The translations under genes were made by a program, and so were the position numbers. The notes below the pieces were generated by a model. That model made no database searches and had not been told where the DNA came from. It saw only the letters and a program-made list of their open reading frames with translations. DNA of 63,470 nucleotides, the filler included, from Hausera hauseri (Eukaryota): assembly GCA_046269625.1 (NCBI GenBank). It is 12 parts of 12 records of this genome, joined end to end, with 100 filler letters (N's around TTAATTAATTAA, not from the genome) between each part and the next. Parts side by side here need not be neighbours in the genome. Positions count along the whole stretch, not along the records: positions 1 to 5,959 come from JBJURY010162532.1; positions 6,060 to 14,588 come from JBJURY010615442.1; 10 more parts are not named here. One strand, given 5' to 3'. How positions within the stretch are numbered: position 1 is the stretch's first letter; each line of letters starts with the position of its first letter. Of the stretch, positions 1 through 12,640 are shown piece by piece.

Positions 1-2798
1 GTTTCACATGGATCACTTACCTCTTTGGTTTCACATGGATTTAAAGGATCACTTACCGGGTTTGAGTTCTCGGCTGAGGAGTCCTTGGTGCCTTCTGCGG
101 TACCTGCTGTTAGGCAGTCTGTGACCGTCTCAGGAGGCGTTTGTATTGGCAGGGGTTTGCTCACTCTGGTCCGCATTGTCTGTTCACCATAATCTATAAT
201 CGCATCAAGGCGATTTATAAAATCTTGGCCAACCAGAAATGGGAATGAGTCAACTGAGGACACGTGTACCGGGTGGTATAGTGTCATTCTGCCAATCTGC
301 ATGTGAACCATGGCTATAGCTGTCAGGGTTGTTCTCGTTTCTGAGAGACCCTGCATTTCTACAGCACATTCTGTGAGAGGTATTTCTCTGTTAACACTGT
401 TAGCGGCGGTCCTTAGCTCCTCGAACAGTTTGGCTGACATAATTGTTATGTCGGCTCCACCGTCCAGTAGGGCTTCATGTGTGAGGACCCCCTCTAGTGT
501 TATTGACAGGTAAGCTTTCTGAGCGACCCCCTTTCTGATAAAATTACACAGGAACCTTGCAGGTTTTGGACAACGTTTCTTTCTACGTTTACCACTGTCT
601 GTGTAATGTTGGTTTTTTTGAACTGTCAGTACAGCTACTGCTGATTTATCTGAGTGTTCAATGTGAGATGGGTCACTGTCAGAGGTATGTGAGTTCACCC
701 CCCCTTCGTTTGACGAGGGGATGTCAGAGTCTGTAACAACCGTGTCATGTTGGCTGTCTGTGACAGCGACAACGTTGTTGTTTGTGTGATCCTCTGAGTT
801 ATTAGCAACTATATTGCTACACATTGCGCCAGGTGGATTATCCTTGTTGGCATTATTCATTTTTTCTAACAAACGACGCAGTCTCTCTGTCTCTTCCGAG
901 CTCAGAGGTTTAGGATCGTTATTTTGGAGCTTTCGTGGTTTTTTCTTCATCTCGGATTGTTCTGTCCGGGACGCAGGAGGAGCAGGTCCTTGATTTGGGG
1001 GTCCCCTCTGGGACCACCCACGGTTTGAGGGTTCCTGTTGGGACGACTCTTTCTGATATGGGTCATTTTTGTACGCATATTTTTTATTCTTAGGACGTGC
1101 GCCCCCCTTTTGGTATTGATATTCACCGTCAGGTTTTGTTCTAAACCATTTAGGATCTGTTCTGTACCAACGGGCACCTACCTGTTGTGGTTTGGTAGAT
1201 TGGAAATCCTGTTTTTTCTCACCTTTCTTGGGAGGGGTAGACAACGCTTGCGTCCCTTCTAGTTCCAGTGCCTGGGGTTTGAACCTCTGACCTGGGTATG
1301 CCTCTAAGGGTGTACTGCGTCTACCATGGGCTTCAAAAACATTTACCGCAGCCTGTTTTATTTCTTTCATGGTTTTTTCTGTAAAATTAGCCACAATTTG
1401 TACAGATGGTTTTGTATCAGAGTTAAGGTTCTTTGTGAAAACGAATTTAAAACCTTCTTCTTCTTCCATGCTCGGTTCGTTCCGATTGCCAAAGTAAGCC
1501 TGAAAGATTCTATCGTAATAGATCCTTGGGTGTTCATTCTTACCTTGCATGACCTTCTCGGCGGCTGGATAGCCACTTGGTCCCATGCAGTGAGTGTATT
1601 CTTTAATCAGAGCATCACACAGTAGGTTGTAATCATTTCTCGTAGCGTCTGATTGACGTTCGATGAAGGCATACACCTTCCTGTCTGATGTGAGTCTGAT
1701 AAGATCGATTTTATCTTCAACTGTAGCATTTGGAAAGCTTCTTAGTTGGAAGTTAAGATCTTTTAAATAGGCTTTGGTGTCGTTCGACCCCATTGGCCCT
1801 GGATCAAAACGCTGAATGTATTTAGCTATTTTTTGGAGTTCAGCCATCGAAAGTGGAACTTGGGACACTCCTTGTGGAACAAGTCGAGGTGGTTGTAGTG
1901 TGTGCACTGTTTGTGGTACAAGTGAAGATGAAGGATTATATGTAGGAACTTGCCCTGTTAGAGGATTGTTACCATGTACTCTGTGTGGATTTGTTACCCC
2001 TGATGAGGGTGGGGGTGGAGGTGGAGGTGGTGAGGGTGGAGGTGGTATTGGGATTTGATCCCAGTGTGTCCCCCCTTTTTCCCCACGTTCCTGACTGTTC
2101 ATCCTGTCTGTGAAGAGTTTTTCTTTAGTTGAGACCAGTTCTGATTTACACTGTTTTAATTCGTCTTGTGATTCATTATAGGCCCGTTGTAAATCCTTAT
2201 AATGTTTGTGCAACTCATTTTTGTCTTGTGTGGTCTCTTCATGTTGTTTTGTCAAATACTTTAGTTTTGATTGCAGATATTCATTTTCTGCTTCTGATTT
2301 CTGGTATTTTGTTTCTCTGTCGCGTGTGCTTTCTTCATATGAACTGATATGCTCCTTCACATAACATTTCAAGCTTTCGATCTCTGCTTGTTTTGACTCT
2401 TCGCGTGCAGCAAATTTTAAGAGTTCATTTTCCAGGTCTGTTTTTAAAACTAATTCATGTTCTAGACGTGTTTCTAGATCTGTTGTTAGTTTGGTTTCCT
2501 GATCCCATTTGGCTTTTAGCAGAAGAGCTATTTTAGCTAAACGTTCAATGCCTGTTTTTTTGCTATCTTTTGCAGACATTCCATCTGCTATCTGTTTCAG
2601 CTCACTTTCCACGGTTGTTGTGGTCATTGAGACCACCTCCGTGCCATATGTTGTTATGGGTTCTGTAAGCACAAACAACACCTCATCAAGCCAACCTGCA
2701 TTTGACGCTTCTGTTTCTCTGTTCCGTTTGGGTGGAGTGTTATGTCCATCTCCAGCCTCTGATGAAGCTGGTGGGGTCTGAGTACCATCGTTATCCAT
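1..2798 (-). CDS. gag-pro: Gag-protease (start of Gag-Pol) ORF of a fish-type LTR retroelement; open to the window edge, at least 932 codons
   Basis: Manual translation from ATG 2798 (MDNDGTQTPP...) has no stop down to base 1. Contains a coiled-coil, a poly-Pro linker, a capsid-like block (IQRFDPGPMGSNDTKAYLKDL...YYDRIFQAYFGNRNEPSMEEEEGFK) and an aspartic protease (EALLDGGADITIMS...FLVGQDFI). Probably absent from the ORF track because it has no stop. Confidence 0.9.
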   Translation of the reverse strand, partial: MDNDGTQTPPASSEAGDGHNTPPKRNRETEASNAGWLDEVLFVLTEPITTYGTEVVSMTTTTVESELKQIADGMSAKDSKKTGIERLAKIALLLKAKWDQETKLTTDLETRLEHELVLKTDLENELLKFAAREESKQAEIESLKCYVKEHISSYEESTRDRETKYQKSEAENEYLQSKLKYLTKQHEETTQDKNELHKHYKDLQRAYNESQDELKQCKSELVSTKEKLFTDRMNSQERGEKGGTHWDQIPIPPPPSPPPPPPPPSSGVTNPHRVHGNNPLTGQVPTYNPSSSLVPQTVHTLQPPRLVPQGVSQVPLSMAELQKIAKYIQRFDPGPMGSNDTKAYLKDLNFQLRSFPNATVEDKIDLIRLTSDRKVYAFIERQSDATRNDYNLLCDALIKEYTHCMGPSGYPAAEKVMQGKNEHPRIYYDRIFQAYFGNRNEPSMEEEEGFKFVFTKNLNSDTKPSVQIVANFTEKTMKEIKQAAVNVFEAHGRRSTPLEAYPGQRFKPQALELEGTQALSTPPKKGEKKQDFQSTKPQQVGARWYRTDPKWFRTKPDGEYQYQKGGARPKNKKYAYKNDPYQKESSQQEPSNRGWSQRGPPNQGPAPPASRTEQSEMKKKPRKLQNNDPKPLSSEETERLRRLLEKMNNANKDNPPGAMCSNIVANNSEDHTNNNVVAVTDSQHDTVVTDSDIPSSNEGGVNSHTSDSDPSHIEHSDKSAVAVLTVQKNQHYTDSGKRRKKRCPKPARFLCNFIRKGVAQKAYLSITLEGVLTHEALLDGGADITIMSAKLFEELRTAANSVNREIPLTECAVEMQGLSETRTTLTAIAMVHMQIGRMTLYHPVHVSSVDSFPFLVGQDFINRLDAIIDYGEQTMRTRVSKPLPIQTPPETVTDCLTAGTAEGTKDSSAENSNPVSDPLNPCETKEVSDPCE

Positions 2799-4443
2799 CG
2801 TTGATGTTGTGAAAAGCGATAAAAGTGTTATTATTTTAGTGTTATTGCACTCAAAATGTTGTCTTTCGTTTGCAATGAGTTACTAAACCATCAAGCTGTC
2901 TGGGTTTATTTTAAATACTGTGAACAAGTCATAGAATCATTTTAGGACCTTATTTCAGGTTTTATCTAAACATGAAAAATCTAAGTAATTGCTCTGTTTT
3001 AAGCAGTGTTACTTTATTAGACTTTATTTTAACAGTTATTCATTTAACCAAGCTGTATTTTAGTTTTTCTGCTCAAAAACGTTTAAAAGAATTAAATTGA
3101 AATGTAATTTCACTAAAAGTATCACAAAATGTTGAAATTTTTTAAGCTTTTTGTTTTTTATCAGACTGTTACACTGTGTTAACAGTTGTTGGCAGTGGAG
3201 GCTTAATCACTCTTCCTGTCCACCAGGAGTCAGTAACGACTTCCTGTCGTTTGTTGACTTCCTGTGGTACTTTGTTGACACCCGGTCGTTAGCTGTTAGC
3301 TTCGGTTTAGCCACGACTAACTCTGTGAACGTCAGCCTTTATGGACGGATTTTAGCTTTAACTGTAGGGTCGCCTAAACAAACACACTTTTAAAGATGGG
3401 TCGATTGAATTATGGACATATTCACGGCTTTTTTAGCTTTTCATCAATAAAAAGAATTTCGTTTGAAAAAAACAGTTTCATTTCCGGGGTCACGTGACTT
3501 GTCAGTCACGTGGAGATCGGAGGGTGGGCAATTGCTATGCAACCAGAGTGAGCAGACGTAACGGCGTTACAGCGTAATGACGTTGTGGTCCGCTCGACCA
3601 ATCACAGTGAAGGAAACAGTAAACAACCATAGAGACACGTCATCTGATTGTAGCTCTTAGCTTCGCAACAAAACTCAACTTGTTGGAACAAATCATATGT
3701 TTTAACTTCCAAGTTTCATTAAAAACATCCCCTCAACAGACAAATCGATCGTTTCCGACAGTCATGAAGGCCTAATCGATGTTTTTAAACTTTAAACGAA
3801 CCAGTAGATGTGACACGTAAGATATTTAGCGTAGCATGCTATGTTAGCTTCGTAGCTTCGTTTACCACAATTACTGTACCTCTTAGCTCATAAAAACGTT
3901 TAAAAAGATGCACTAAAATTCTGAAAATACGGCGAAAACAACCGAGACAAGTAATAGCGTTGCACGCAGCACCAAACTAGCGTTTTACTGTGAAACAGGA
4001 CTCACTCGAACCGGACCGAGGCCTTTCGGAACCGGGTCGAAACATCAGTTCCCGACACCCAATCGTCTGGATAGTTTCAACAGATAACAACTATTATACT
4101 CTGTCTTTCGTGTAAAAACCTTATACAGATTAAATAGCACAAAATGAGAAAGTCTAAGCTTGTGAGACGGCGCTCACGCAGATGAATTCAATGTCCAACA
4201 GACGTAAATACGACCATCAGCAAAAATCAACATCAGAGTAGCTTCTCAACGTTTTAAAACATGTCAAAAACATACTTTTCAGCACGAATGTCAGATTAAC
4301 ACAGTTCTGTATTTATCCTGAACATCCCAGCTTTGAACATGTAGCTTTAAGAGTATTTTAACAGCCTTTGAAGTAAACCAACACAGCAGTTTTCAGCAAA
4401 TATCATAAGTCATACAGATATGAATATTAAATACTCATTAGAA

Positions 4444-4458
4444 CCGTATGGGCCACCA
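4444..4458 (-). promoter_or_regulatory. Primer-binding site, tRNA-Ile
   Basis: Minus strand TGGTGGCCCATACGG, 2 nt after an LTR end (...ATCCTACA); complementary to the tRNA-Ile(AAU) 3' end CCGTACGGGCCACCA with one mismatch. Confidence 0.85.
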
Positions 4459-4460
4459 GT

Positions 4461-5959
4461 TGTAGGATGTCAGACCTTAGGTTAGCCGTTGACATCCCCA
4501 ATTAAATATTCTGAGACTAGTTCAAGTTCAAAGAACATTAATTGATTATTTAAACACGAGTTCTATTCTTTTAGTATTAATAAACATTCTGTGTTTCTTG
4601 AATGAGTAGTGACATGAAACGTCATTATATTTGACCCATCAATAAATGCGGTCATTTATTCATGAAATCATATAAACAACATCACATATATACACTTTGA
4701 TTAGCTGATTCAATTTCCTATAAATTTAACTTCAACAGATAACATTATGTTTCCATAATTTTCACTGTTTAGCATTCATAGACAACAGACATAGTTAGAT
4801 GGTTAAAATAACTTATATCTGAAGGCATAATTAGCTTAATACTGGCGTGGAGAGTTTAAAGAAGAAGTTTGAGAAGGAGGAAGTAAAAGTCTAAGATGGA
4901 TGGAGGAGTGAAGTTATCTTGAAATATGTTTAACCAGAAAGTGGCACAACGTCCTCTGTCCCGTCCACGGCCAAACTTTAGCTATGCTTCGTAACAATCG
5001 CCGACTCGTTACCTGGAGGTGTTTTGTCTCTCAGGAGAAGAGAAGAGGTCCAGCTCGGATTCAACAGGTTCTTGGCCTTCGATCAGCTGGCTCGAAAGTT
5101 AACGTTCAGCGTCCCAGCTTGTTCGCCAAGATCGAAACTAGAGTGACGTCTACTTCTGGTGACTTTTCAAAATAAAGCATTCCTTAAAAGGAATATCATC
5201 AAAGCTTAGAGCTTCAAATTCGTGTAAGCTTACAACGGCATGTTGTAAACTTCGCCCTTTGGATAGAAGTCATTGGCTCTCGACTTCTTCCACGGGAAGA
5301 AAGAGAAAGTTCTCTCGTTTGCTTCAGAGCTTCCTCAAGACTGAAAACCTCCAGGAAGTTGGAAGTTTTTGTCAGAGTAACTTCGGTGATTTGGCCTCTC
5401 CTGATTGGTTGAGGCAACCAAGGGGGGAGGGAGTATTAGAGCAGAGACAGAAGGAAATTGTTTAGAAGACACTTAGATAGTGTTCAACGTGAGTAGAGAA
5501 TTGTTTTGGAAAAGGACAGAAAGAAGGCGCCAGCTTCTGGATTCTGATAGACAATTTCTAAACAATTCTAAAGAGAGGTCAATTCGACTGCTCTATGACC
5601 TGTGACCAACTTAACAGCCTCATTTCATTTGCACACTCTGGAAATGCAAGCTCAAAATTACTTTTGAAATAAAACATTTAAACGTGTATAATGAAGTCTA
5701 ATGAGATTTAAAAATCATCAAATACTGTTCACAGTTGATTTAAAATGATATTTCAACATTGAAAATGATATGAAATAAACATCTTTAAAAATGCAGAGAA
5801 AAGATACACAATTAAATTGTTACTCTTTTTCTTAATTAATCACAGTGTCACAACTTGTCATCAAAAATGACTTTGCTAAGAGTCCTTTGATTATCAAAAT
5901 ATTGGAAAATAATAATGATAACATAACAAAGAAGATTGATTCTTCTAATTAATGGACTT
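4461..5959 (-). repeat. 5' LTR (distal end not defined) of the contig-1 element
   Basis: Ends in CA immediately before the PBS; minus-strand AATAAA at ~4655-4660 and CCAAT boxes at ~5275 and ~5407. The TG start was not located before the contig end. Confidence 0.6.
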
Positions 5960-6059
5960 NNNNNNNNNNNNNNNNNNNNNNNNNNNNNNNNNNNNNNNNN
6001 NNNTTAATTAATTAANNNNNNNNNNNNNNNNNNNNNNNNNNNNNNNNNNNNNNNNNNNN
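5960..6059. other. Artificial contig spacer; identical spacers start at 14589, 18988, 23134, 28734, 33460, 38645, 42892, 48555, 54278, 59006
   Basis: 44 N + TTAATTAATTAA (stops in all six frames) + 44 N, repeated 11 times. Confidence 0.98.
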
Positions 6060-6660
6060 TTAGTAACACCAATTACCAGAGTGTTGTTGGCAAATGCTAC
6101 TCAACCAAAACTTTTAAGAGACTGTAAATCCAGCCTAGGAGAGTCAATGTTCAGACGTAGCGAAACCGACCAGGTAAGTTTACCGAACGGCGGTATTATC
6201 GCACCACATACCAAATTGACAGGAACAAACCAAATAAAAGGAATAACCAATGATAAGTTTCAAGATACAGCCGCAAAAGGTATTTACCGACCAAAAGAAA
6301 TAGAGGCGTTTAGACAATTTCTCGCTTTTCCCCGCCAAGGTACACATGAATTAAACAGAGCGATGCACACAATACTCGGGGACTCACGCTACCAGCCGAA
6401 ATGGAAGTCATTACTTAGTGTTGGCTATTACAAGAAGGTAACTAGAAAAATATTATACAAAATTTGAGGAAGATTCCTGATACTCGGACAAGCCACGTCA
6501 GGATTTCTAGCGATATACTTCTTAGTTCAACTGGCAAAAGCTATAATTCAAGCAATCATAAATGGATACGAGATATTTATCTTGACATGATTTTCGTGCA
6601 AAATTTTAACGGCTATTATTACAACTTTCGGCAAATTCTTAAAGGCTTATGAAGAAAGTA
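6060..6660 (+). pseudogene. C-terminal part and TM region of a chuvirus-type glycoprotein
   Basis: VTPITRVLLANATQ...KI*GRFLILGQATSGFLAIYFLVQLAKAIIQAIINGYEIFILT*FSCKILTAIITTFGKFL matches the W-GxFxxFG..SAG..IK.I...IxGY...G.S C-terminal signature of chuvirus-like glycoproteins. Confidence 0.8.
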
Positions 6661-7339
6661 AATGGAAAACAGATGTGGAACGACATGTGGGCTACCATAA
6701 TCCAAAACGTAAAATACACATTCGATTATAGACAGAAATTTATAGTCAGTAAGACACGAAGAAATGATTCCGATGATGACGAGACTAAGGGAGAAGACAT
6801 CATCCCCAGGCCGAGCAGGCACAAAAATTACTTTGTTATGAAACTACCATTAACAATATTTCCACCAACAGCACCTATATATGAAGATTGCGAGAAACAA
6901 TCTGTGAATTCCTGCCAGACAGACATCTATCGGAAGCCATTTAGTTTAGAAGATCCTTATGAAGGAACAAAACGCTATTGGATATTGCGCAAGATCTACG
7001 AAACACAGAGGACCTTGGCTCCATGCCATAAATTAGCAGTCGCGACAACGGCATAATTTACTCATCTAGAATGCCTAAACCAAACGAAACGCAATCGATA
7101 TTTACTCGAAACTGTGACGCACGAAATCTCCGAAACCAAGATGTTCAGCCGCCGGTTAGGAACCCAAGAGTAGAAAACACGAATGGAACGAATAACGAAC
7201 TACACCCAATCGGAGAGTTAAGACAGTTAGTCGAGCCGCCAGTGGGAACCACTGAAGTCACCATCAACGGCTACAAAGTGTCTACGATACGACAACCCAA
7301 AGTAGCACTAAGCTATTACGGTACAGATATTGAAGGTAG

Positions 7340-10300
7340 GCCCTTCGCAAAATTTCAACTGGACGATTAGAAAGTTTACGCACTAATAAATACAGGATAT
7401 GAAATATCACTGATAAAATATGATTCGATCCCACAATTCCTACGGAAACAATAATATTTACCTCCCATGACAGACCCAGGAAGCATTGGAGCTTTCGGAC
7501 AATCATCGGAAAGTAAATTCCGATGAAAACCAAAATTTTGCATAATGGGATAATATTTCCATCATGAATTTTCAGTAATGGAACAATTAACGGATAATGT
7601 AGTGTTAGGATGTGATCTATTAAGACAATAACCGAATATAGCGATTGATTTCAATGCACGCAAATTGGTAGAACTTGGCCCAATAAAAGGAGTCAAAACA
7701 ACCAAAGATAGGAAATTCGGAGAAGTGTGGATTCCTGTAGACGATAACATACCACCCAGAAGTGAAATATTAATTTACTCTCAAATACGTCAAGATGACA
7801 ATCAGTCAGTATATTTCAAACCAAGAGAATCGCTCGACCCAAACTTCGTGCTCAGCAATATATTGACGAGAGTATCAACAGGTTGTGTACCAATTTGAAT
7901 AGCGAATAATGCGCCCACTCCAACCAAACTGTATGTCAATACCACTCTAGGACACACGTATAGAGAATCATCAATTACCATCAAAAAGAAACCGTATAAG
8001 GTTACTGAATTTCCACCCCATGTCGAAACTAAATTTTCGTCGGAATCCTATTGTCGATTTTACGATTTACTTTGTTGTTATAGTTCGATTATCGCGAAAG
8101 ATGAAAAAGATATTGGCCGAGTCAAAACTCTAAGGCTGACAATTTCACTTAAGAAAAGCCTGGGTCCAACGACTAAATAGATCTTGAGGATTAAAAGATA
8201 CCGAAATGGTATCCTCCTCCACATTCATTAAGGCCAGAGATAACCAAGGAAGTTGAACAAATGTTAAAGGCCGACATAATTAGACCAAGCTACAGATCTT
8301 GGTATTCACCGATACTCATGGTTAAGAAAATGGTACCGCTGAGCACAGATTTTGCATCGATTATCGAGCGTTAAATATGCTCATGCTGAAAAACTCTTTT
8401 CCGTTACCATCGGTAAAGGAGGCTTTTGACAGACTCTCTGGAGCCAAATGGTTCACCACGCTCGATTTACAATCTGGATACTGGCAAGTAGAGATAGAAG
8501 AAGAAGATCGTTACAAAACGGCATCTAAAACACACGACGGTATATACGAATTTAATGTTATGCCATTTGGAATAACTACCGGACTCGCCATCTTTACCCG
8601 CATGATGAACAAGATGCTAATGAGATTAGAACATGTGTTTGCCTATTTGGATGATGTTATGCTTGCGTCAAAAACGAAAGAGAATCATTTAAAAGACACT
8701 GAAGGTACCCTCATGAGACTGGAGCAAGCTGGATTAAAACTGAATTCAAAAAAATGCAAATGGGCCCAAAATGCTGTATCGTACCTGGGACATATAGTTG
8801 GGCAAGGAGAATCGAAACCGAAAAAATCTTTATTAAGTAAGATATCGGATTGCATGTAACCTCAGAATCAGAAGGAATTAAGATATTGGTTGAGATTGTG
8901 TGGATATAATGCTACTTACGTACCTGACAATGCGAAGATAAACGCACCTTTATATCGCTTACTAAAAAAAGGGATCAAATGGAAATGGACCGACATCGAA
9001 CAGAAATCTTTTGACGAAATGAAAAAGCTTCTAACTAGTGAACCTGTTCTAAGATATCCAGACTTTAATTTAACATTCATAATCAAAAAATACGCTAGTA
9101 AGGAAGGTATCGGATACAAACTGCCCCAAAAATGAGAAGACGAGGAATTGGAACACCCGATAACATACGAAAGACGTTCCCTAAAGAAAGCATAGAAGAA
9201 CTATTCTGTTACGGAGTTAAAAACATTAGCGGTAAAAGATGCACTGCGACATTTTAACGTGTACATCTATGGACAAAAGATTATAATCGTTACTGACCAT
9301 ATGGCAGTTACGATCTTAAAGGGTAGAGCGAATAATCCAACCTGTAGACTTAACAGATGGAACAAGGAAATCTCACGTTACAACATTGAATTCCAATACA
9401 AACCCGGAAATAAACATGTAGATGCCGATGCATCATATATACTTAAAACCAAAACAAGTGAAGTCACAGTAATGAAGAAGGCCCACCTTGAGAATTTAGT
9501 GGAGAGGCAAGAGACTCTTGCGCTAGACAAGGTATTAAAAATTTTATTGAGCAAAGAAAAAACAATGTTATACAACAAATTGTCGAGTTTATTGATACTA
9601 ACCAAACACCAAAAGATCATAAGTTACGAAAACACCTACGTCGACATGGTCACAAATGTTACCTTACAGGAGATTTAAATCACGAAAATGTGTTGTACTA
9701 CGAACGAAAAAGACGCAAGATAGTCGCTATACCAAAAGGATTACGAGCAGAAGTGCCCATGGCCGAACATGACTCATACTTAGCCGGACACATGTCATGG
9801 AAAAAGACATTGGAATGACATTAAATAAATACTATTGTCCGAGCATTTACATCTATCTGAGAAATTGAGCAAACGCTTGCGAATTATGCGCAACCAAACA
9901 AAAGAAAGTGAAAAACTACGTCGCCGAGCTTAAACCTATCGACGTGCCCGATAGACCAATGCAAGCAATGTCTATGGATATTGTAGGACCATTGCCTACG
10001 ACCCACAAAAACAACAAATATATTTTCACTTGTGTAGACCCATTAACTCATTTCGTAGCGCTTATAGCGCTATTTGACCAAAAGGTCGAGACCTTGACAG
10101 AAGCCGCAGTTCGGAAAATTATTTACAGATATGGGCCACCCGAACAGATTCTGACAGACCGAGGAAGAAATCTTACAAATGAATTGTTCGACAAAATTAC
10201 CAAAATCTTTGAGATTGAACAACTTACTATTACGGCTTATCAGCCCCAATGTAATGGGATAATCGAGCGGATGAACGCACCATTATACGAATTTTATCGA

Positions 10301-10800
10301 CAGTAATCTCAAAGGACCAGAAAGATTGGAATGAGTTCTTAGAAGGAACACAGTTAGCCATTAATACTACTCCATATCCTGCGACAGGATTCACTCTATT
10401 TTTTATGATGTATGGAAGAGAAGCTGCGCTTCTCACTGATTTAGGACTGATCCCGTACACAACGCAAACAGAAAATTTAGAACAAAACTTCGCCGAGGTA
10501 TTGCAAATAAAGTTACACAAGTGTTGGAAAATAGCCAAAGAGTTGTCTAAAGAATATCAAGAACAATTTAAGAAGCAATACGATAAGAAGGCTAAACCAC
10601 ATGATCTAGAACTCGGAAATTGGTTTTACATACACTACCCAGTTGCAAAGAAAGCACGTGCAGAGGACCTTATGAAGTTACTAAAGTTACACCAACCACA
10701 GTTTATATGAAAAAGAACAGGAAGGAAGAGGTCATATCGATTCAAAGAGTGGTTAAAACGGAGATAAGACCCGCCAAACTTTACAATCTGCGCTGAGCAA
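7340..10800 (+). pseudogene. pol: Decayed pol: protease, RT, RNase H, integrase
   Basis: PR VYALINTGYEIS...VVLGCDLL; RT FCIDYRALN, LDLQSGYWQV, MPFG, FAYLDDV; RH VTDHMAV, YKPGNKHVDADA; IN H-H-C-C, MDIVGPLP, ILTDRGRN, NGIIERMN. Confidence 0.93.
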
Positions 10801-10830
10801 AACAGATAAAAAAAGAAAACGTCAACGATA

Positions 10831-11660
10831 GTGACCAGACCAGTATCATACGTGCAAATAATCCTCGCCTTATCGTTATTCGCTTCATATGTGCCGAAGT
10901 CGATATCGCTAACCGTAACCGAAAAATTACAATATGCGGCAAGACGAAGGGATATCCAAAACATGCAATCACTTATAGTATACGATATGGATTGGAGCAA
11001 ACCATGCGCCTGGTTCAAAGAAAGTGAACACATTTGGAGTTATGTGAAATTTTAAATAATATTTGTAACTGGATCCACGATGAAGAAATGTGATTTATCC
11101 TACGGACATTACGGAAGATGTTGTAATTTGAATTTTGGACAAGACTACGGATACGGATTTCAAATGTTTTTTTCTAATTAGTTTGGAGCTCAAGCCTATA
11201 TAACTAGTGAACTCTCAATAAGAATGCTTCTACGAATGGATGCAAATCAAGCCAAAACGGATAAAATAATTCGAAGCACTGACCCATTTAAAAGTCTTTT
11301 GGACTATAACATTATTGGAATTTAAAAGGACTTGAAAAACCGATGTATTTGCATTAAAACCAAGGTGGAACTGCCCGGAGACAGACAAATTTCCGTCCGA
11401 TTCATACCATTGAATGCTTCCATTCCTAAACCGGAGTATTGTTATTTGGCCAGACGACGACCTACTGTGTGTTGTGTATTGCAATTAGGACAGGAGTATC
11501 AGTTGCAATTCGACTTGTATAATACGTTCTCCGGAATGCAAAGTACCTATTTACGAGGATATTGCCCAAAAACGGAAAATGGAGGCTTCCGTTTCCAACC
11601 ACTACGGGAAGACCATCCACAGCTCCGAGTACAACTCACACTACTACCGAAGGGAGAAAA
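10831..11660 (+). pseudogene. Post-integrase signal-peptide-like segment and Cys-rich putative ectodomain
   Basis: YVQIILALSLFASYVPKSIS followed by a Cys pattern conserved with 40330-41050 (IRST..., CI...K..LP..R.IS..F, YC...CC...FDLY). Confidence 0.55.
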
Positions 11661-12289
11661 ATGGGTAAACGGGCACCGAAACTGACTTTATGATAGCATA
11701 ACCTGACTATTACAGATTGGGTTATGCTATCATCAGACAGAGAAAATTCTTTGTTTCAAAACGATAATCTGTTTTAGGTTTAACCTTTATTTCTATTTTA
11801 GCAGAGAACTCAACAATCAGTGCCAATTTCGACATCGATGACATTTTACAGCAGCACGTCACTGTCCCCAAACCACTATCCAAAGTGACTAAAATTGGGT
11901 TTAGAAGAGAATCGACTAGTTCGATTATATGCCATGAGAAACCTAAAGGATGCACGGGAATACTTTTATGAGATATGATCCCATATGAGCCGACACATCA
12001 GCAATTGTACCTACATGTTGCTGATGGAGAAATTCAATACAGAATCGTAGGACAATCCTGGAATACGCAAAAAGTGTAGCAGTGAAAATGTAGTACTTAT
12101 GAGCTATTTTGCTATAGCCTCATTAATTATACTCTGGAATTCAGGATTGCGGACTTTCCGACAAAAACCATGATCGAAATGACGTGGCGAACAGAGGTAA
12201 TGAAGCCACGCCCACCGTTACTATATGTACAGAAACCATCGGAAGATGAAATAAAGCAAAATAGGGAATCTTATATATTAGTCCCAGAT

Positions 12290-12640
12290 GGCCGAAATAC
12301 CCGGATATTATCCGTAAATTATGGAGAAAAGGATGACGGATGGTATAGTCCGATGGAAGTCACTATCAGAAATACTAATGGAGAAGAGGTTGTAAATAAA
12401 ACAATCGCACCTCGAGCTAGGATAAAGGACACTTTTCCCGACGTTACAGGAATTACGAAAGTACAGCTTGAGAAAGGAAAGGACTTCTTGGAAATCCAAG
12501 AAGACATAAGTTATTGCTTATATGGATATATTGTTACCGGATTCCAAGTGCATGAAACATTGGAGCGACTAGGAATCAGACAAGAGTACATAGCCGGAAT
12601 TTGAAAATTCAGCCGGAACCCATCCGTAGTGAGTCAAGTG
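12290..12640 (+). pseudogene. REX4/ISG20-like DEDDh exonuclease-fold domain with a degenerate ExoI motif
   Basis: EVTIRNTNGEEVVNKTIAPRARIKDTFPDVTGITKVQLEKGKDFLEIQEDISYCLYGYIVTGFQV follows the REX4 pattern VSIVN..G..V....V.P...V.DY.T.VSGI....L..A..F..VQ.EV..LL.G.ILVGH; AxDCE is replaced by SVNYGE. Confidence 0.65.

Noticed and set aside
310-2781. Plus-strand ORFs in contig 1
   Set aside because: Antisense shadows of the minus-strand Gag-PR ORF.
6004-6015. Recurrent TTAATTAATTAA palindrome as a biological motif
   Set aside because: Always centred in 44+44 N; it is an assembly linker with stops in six frames.
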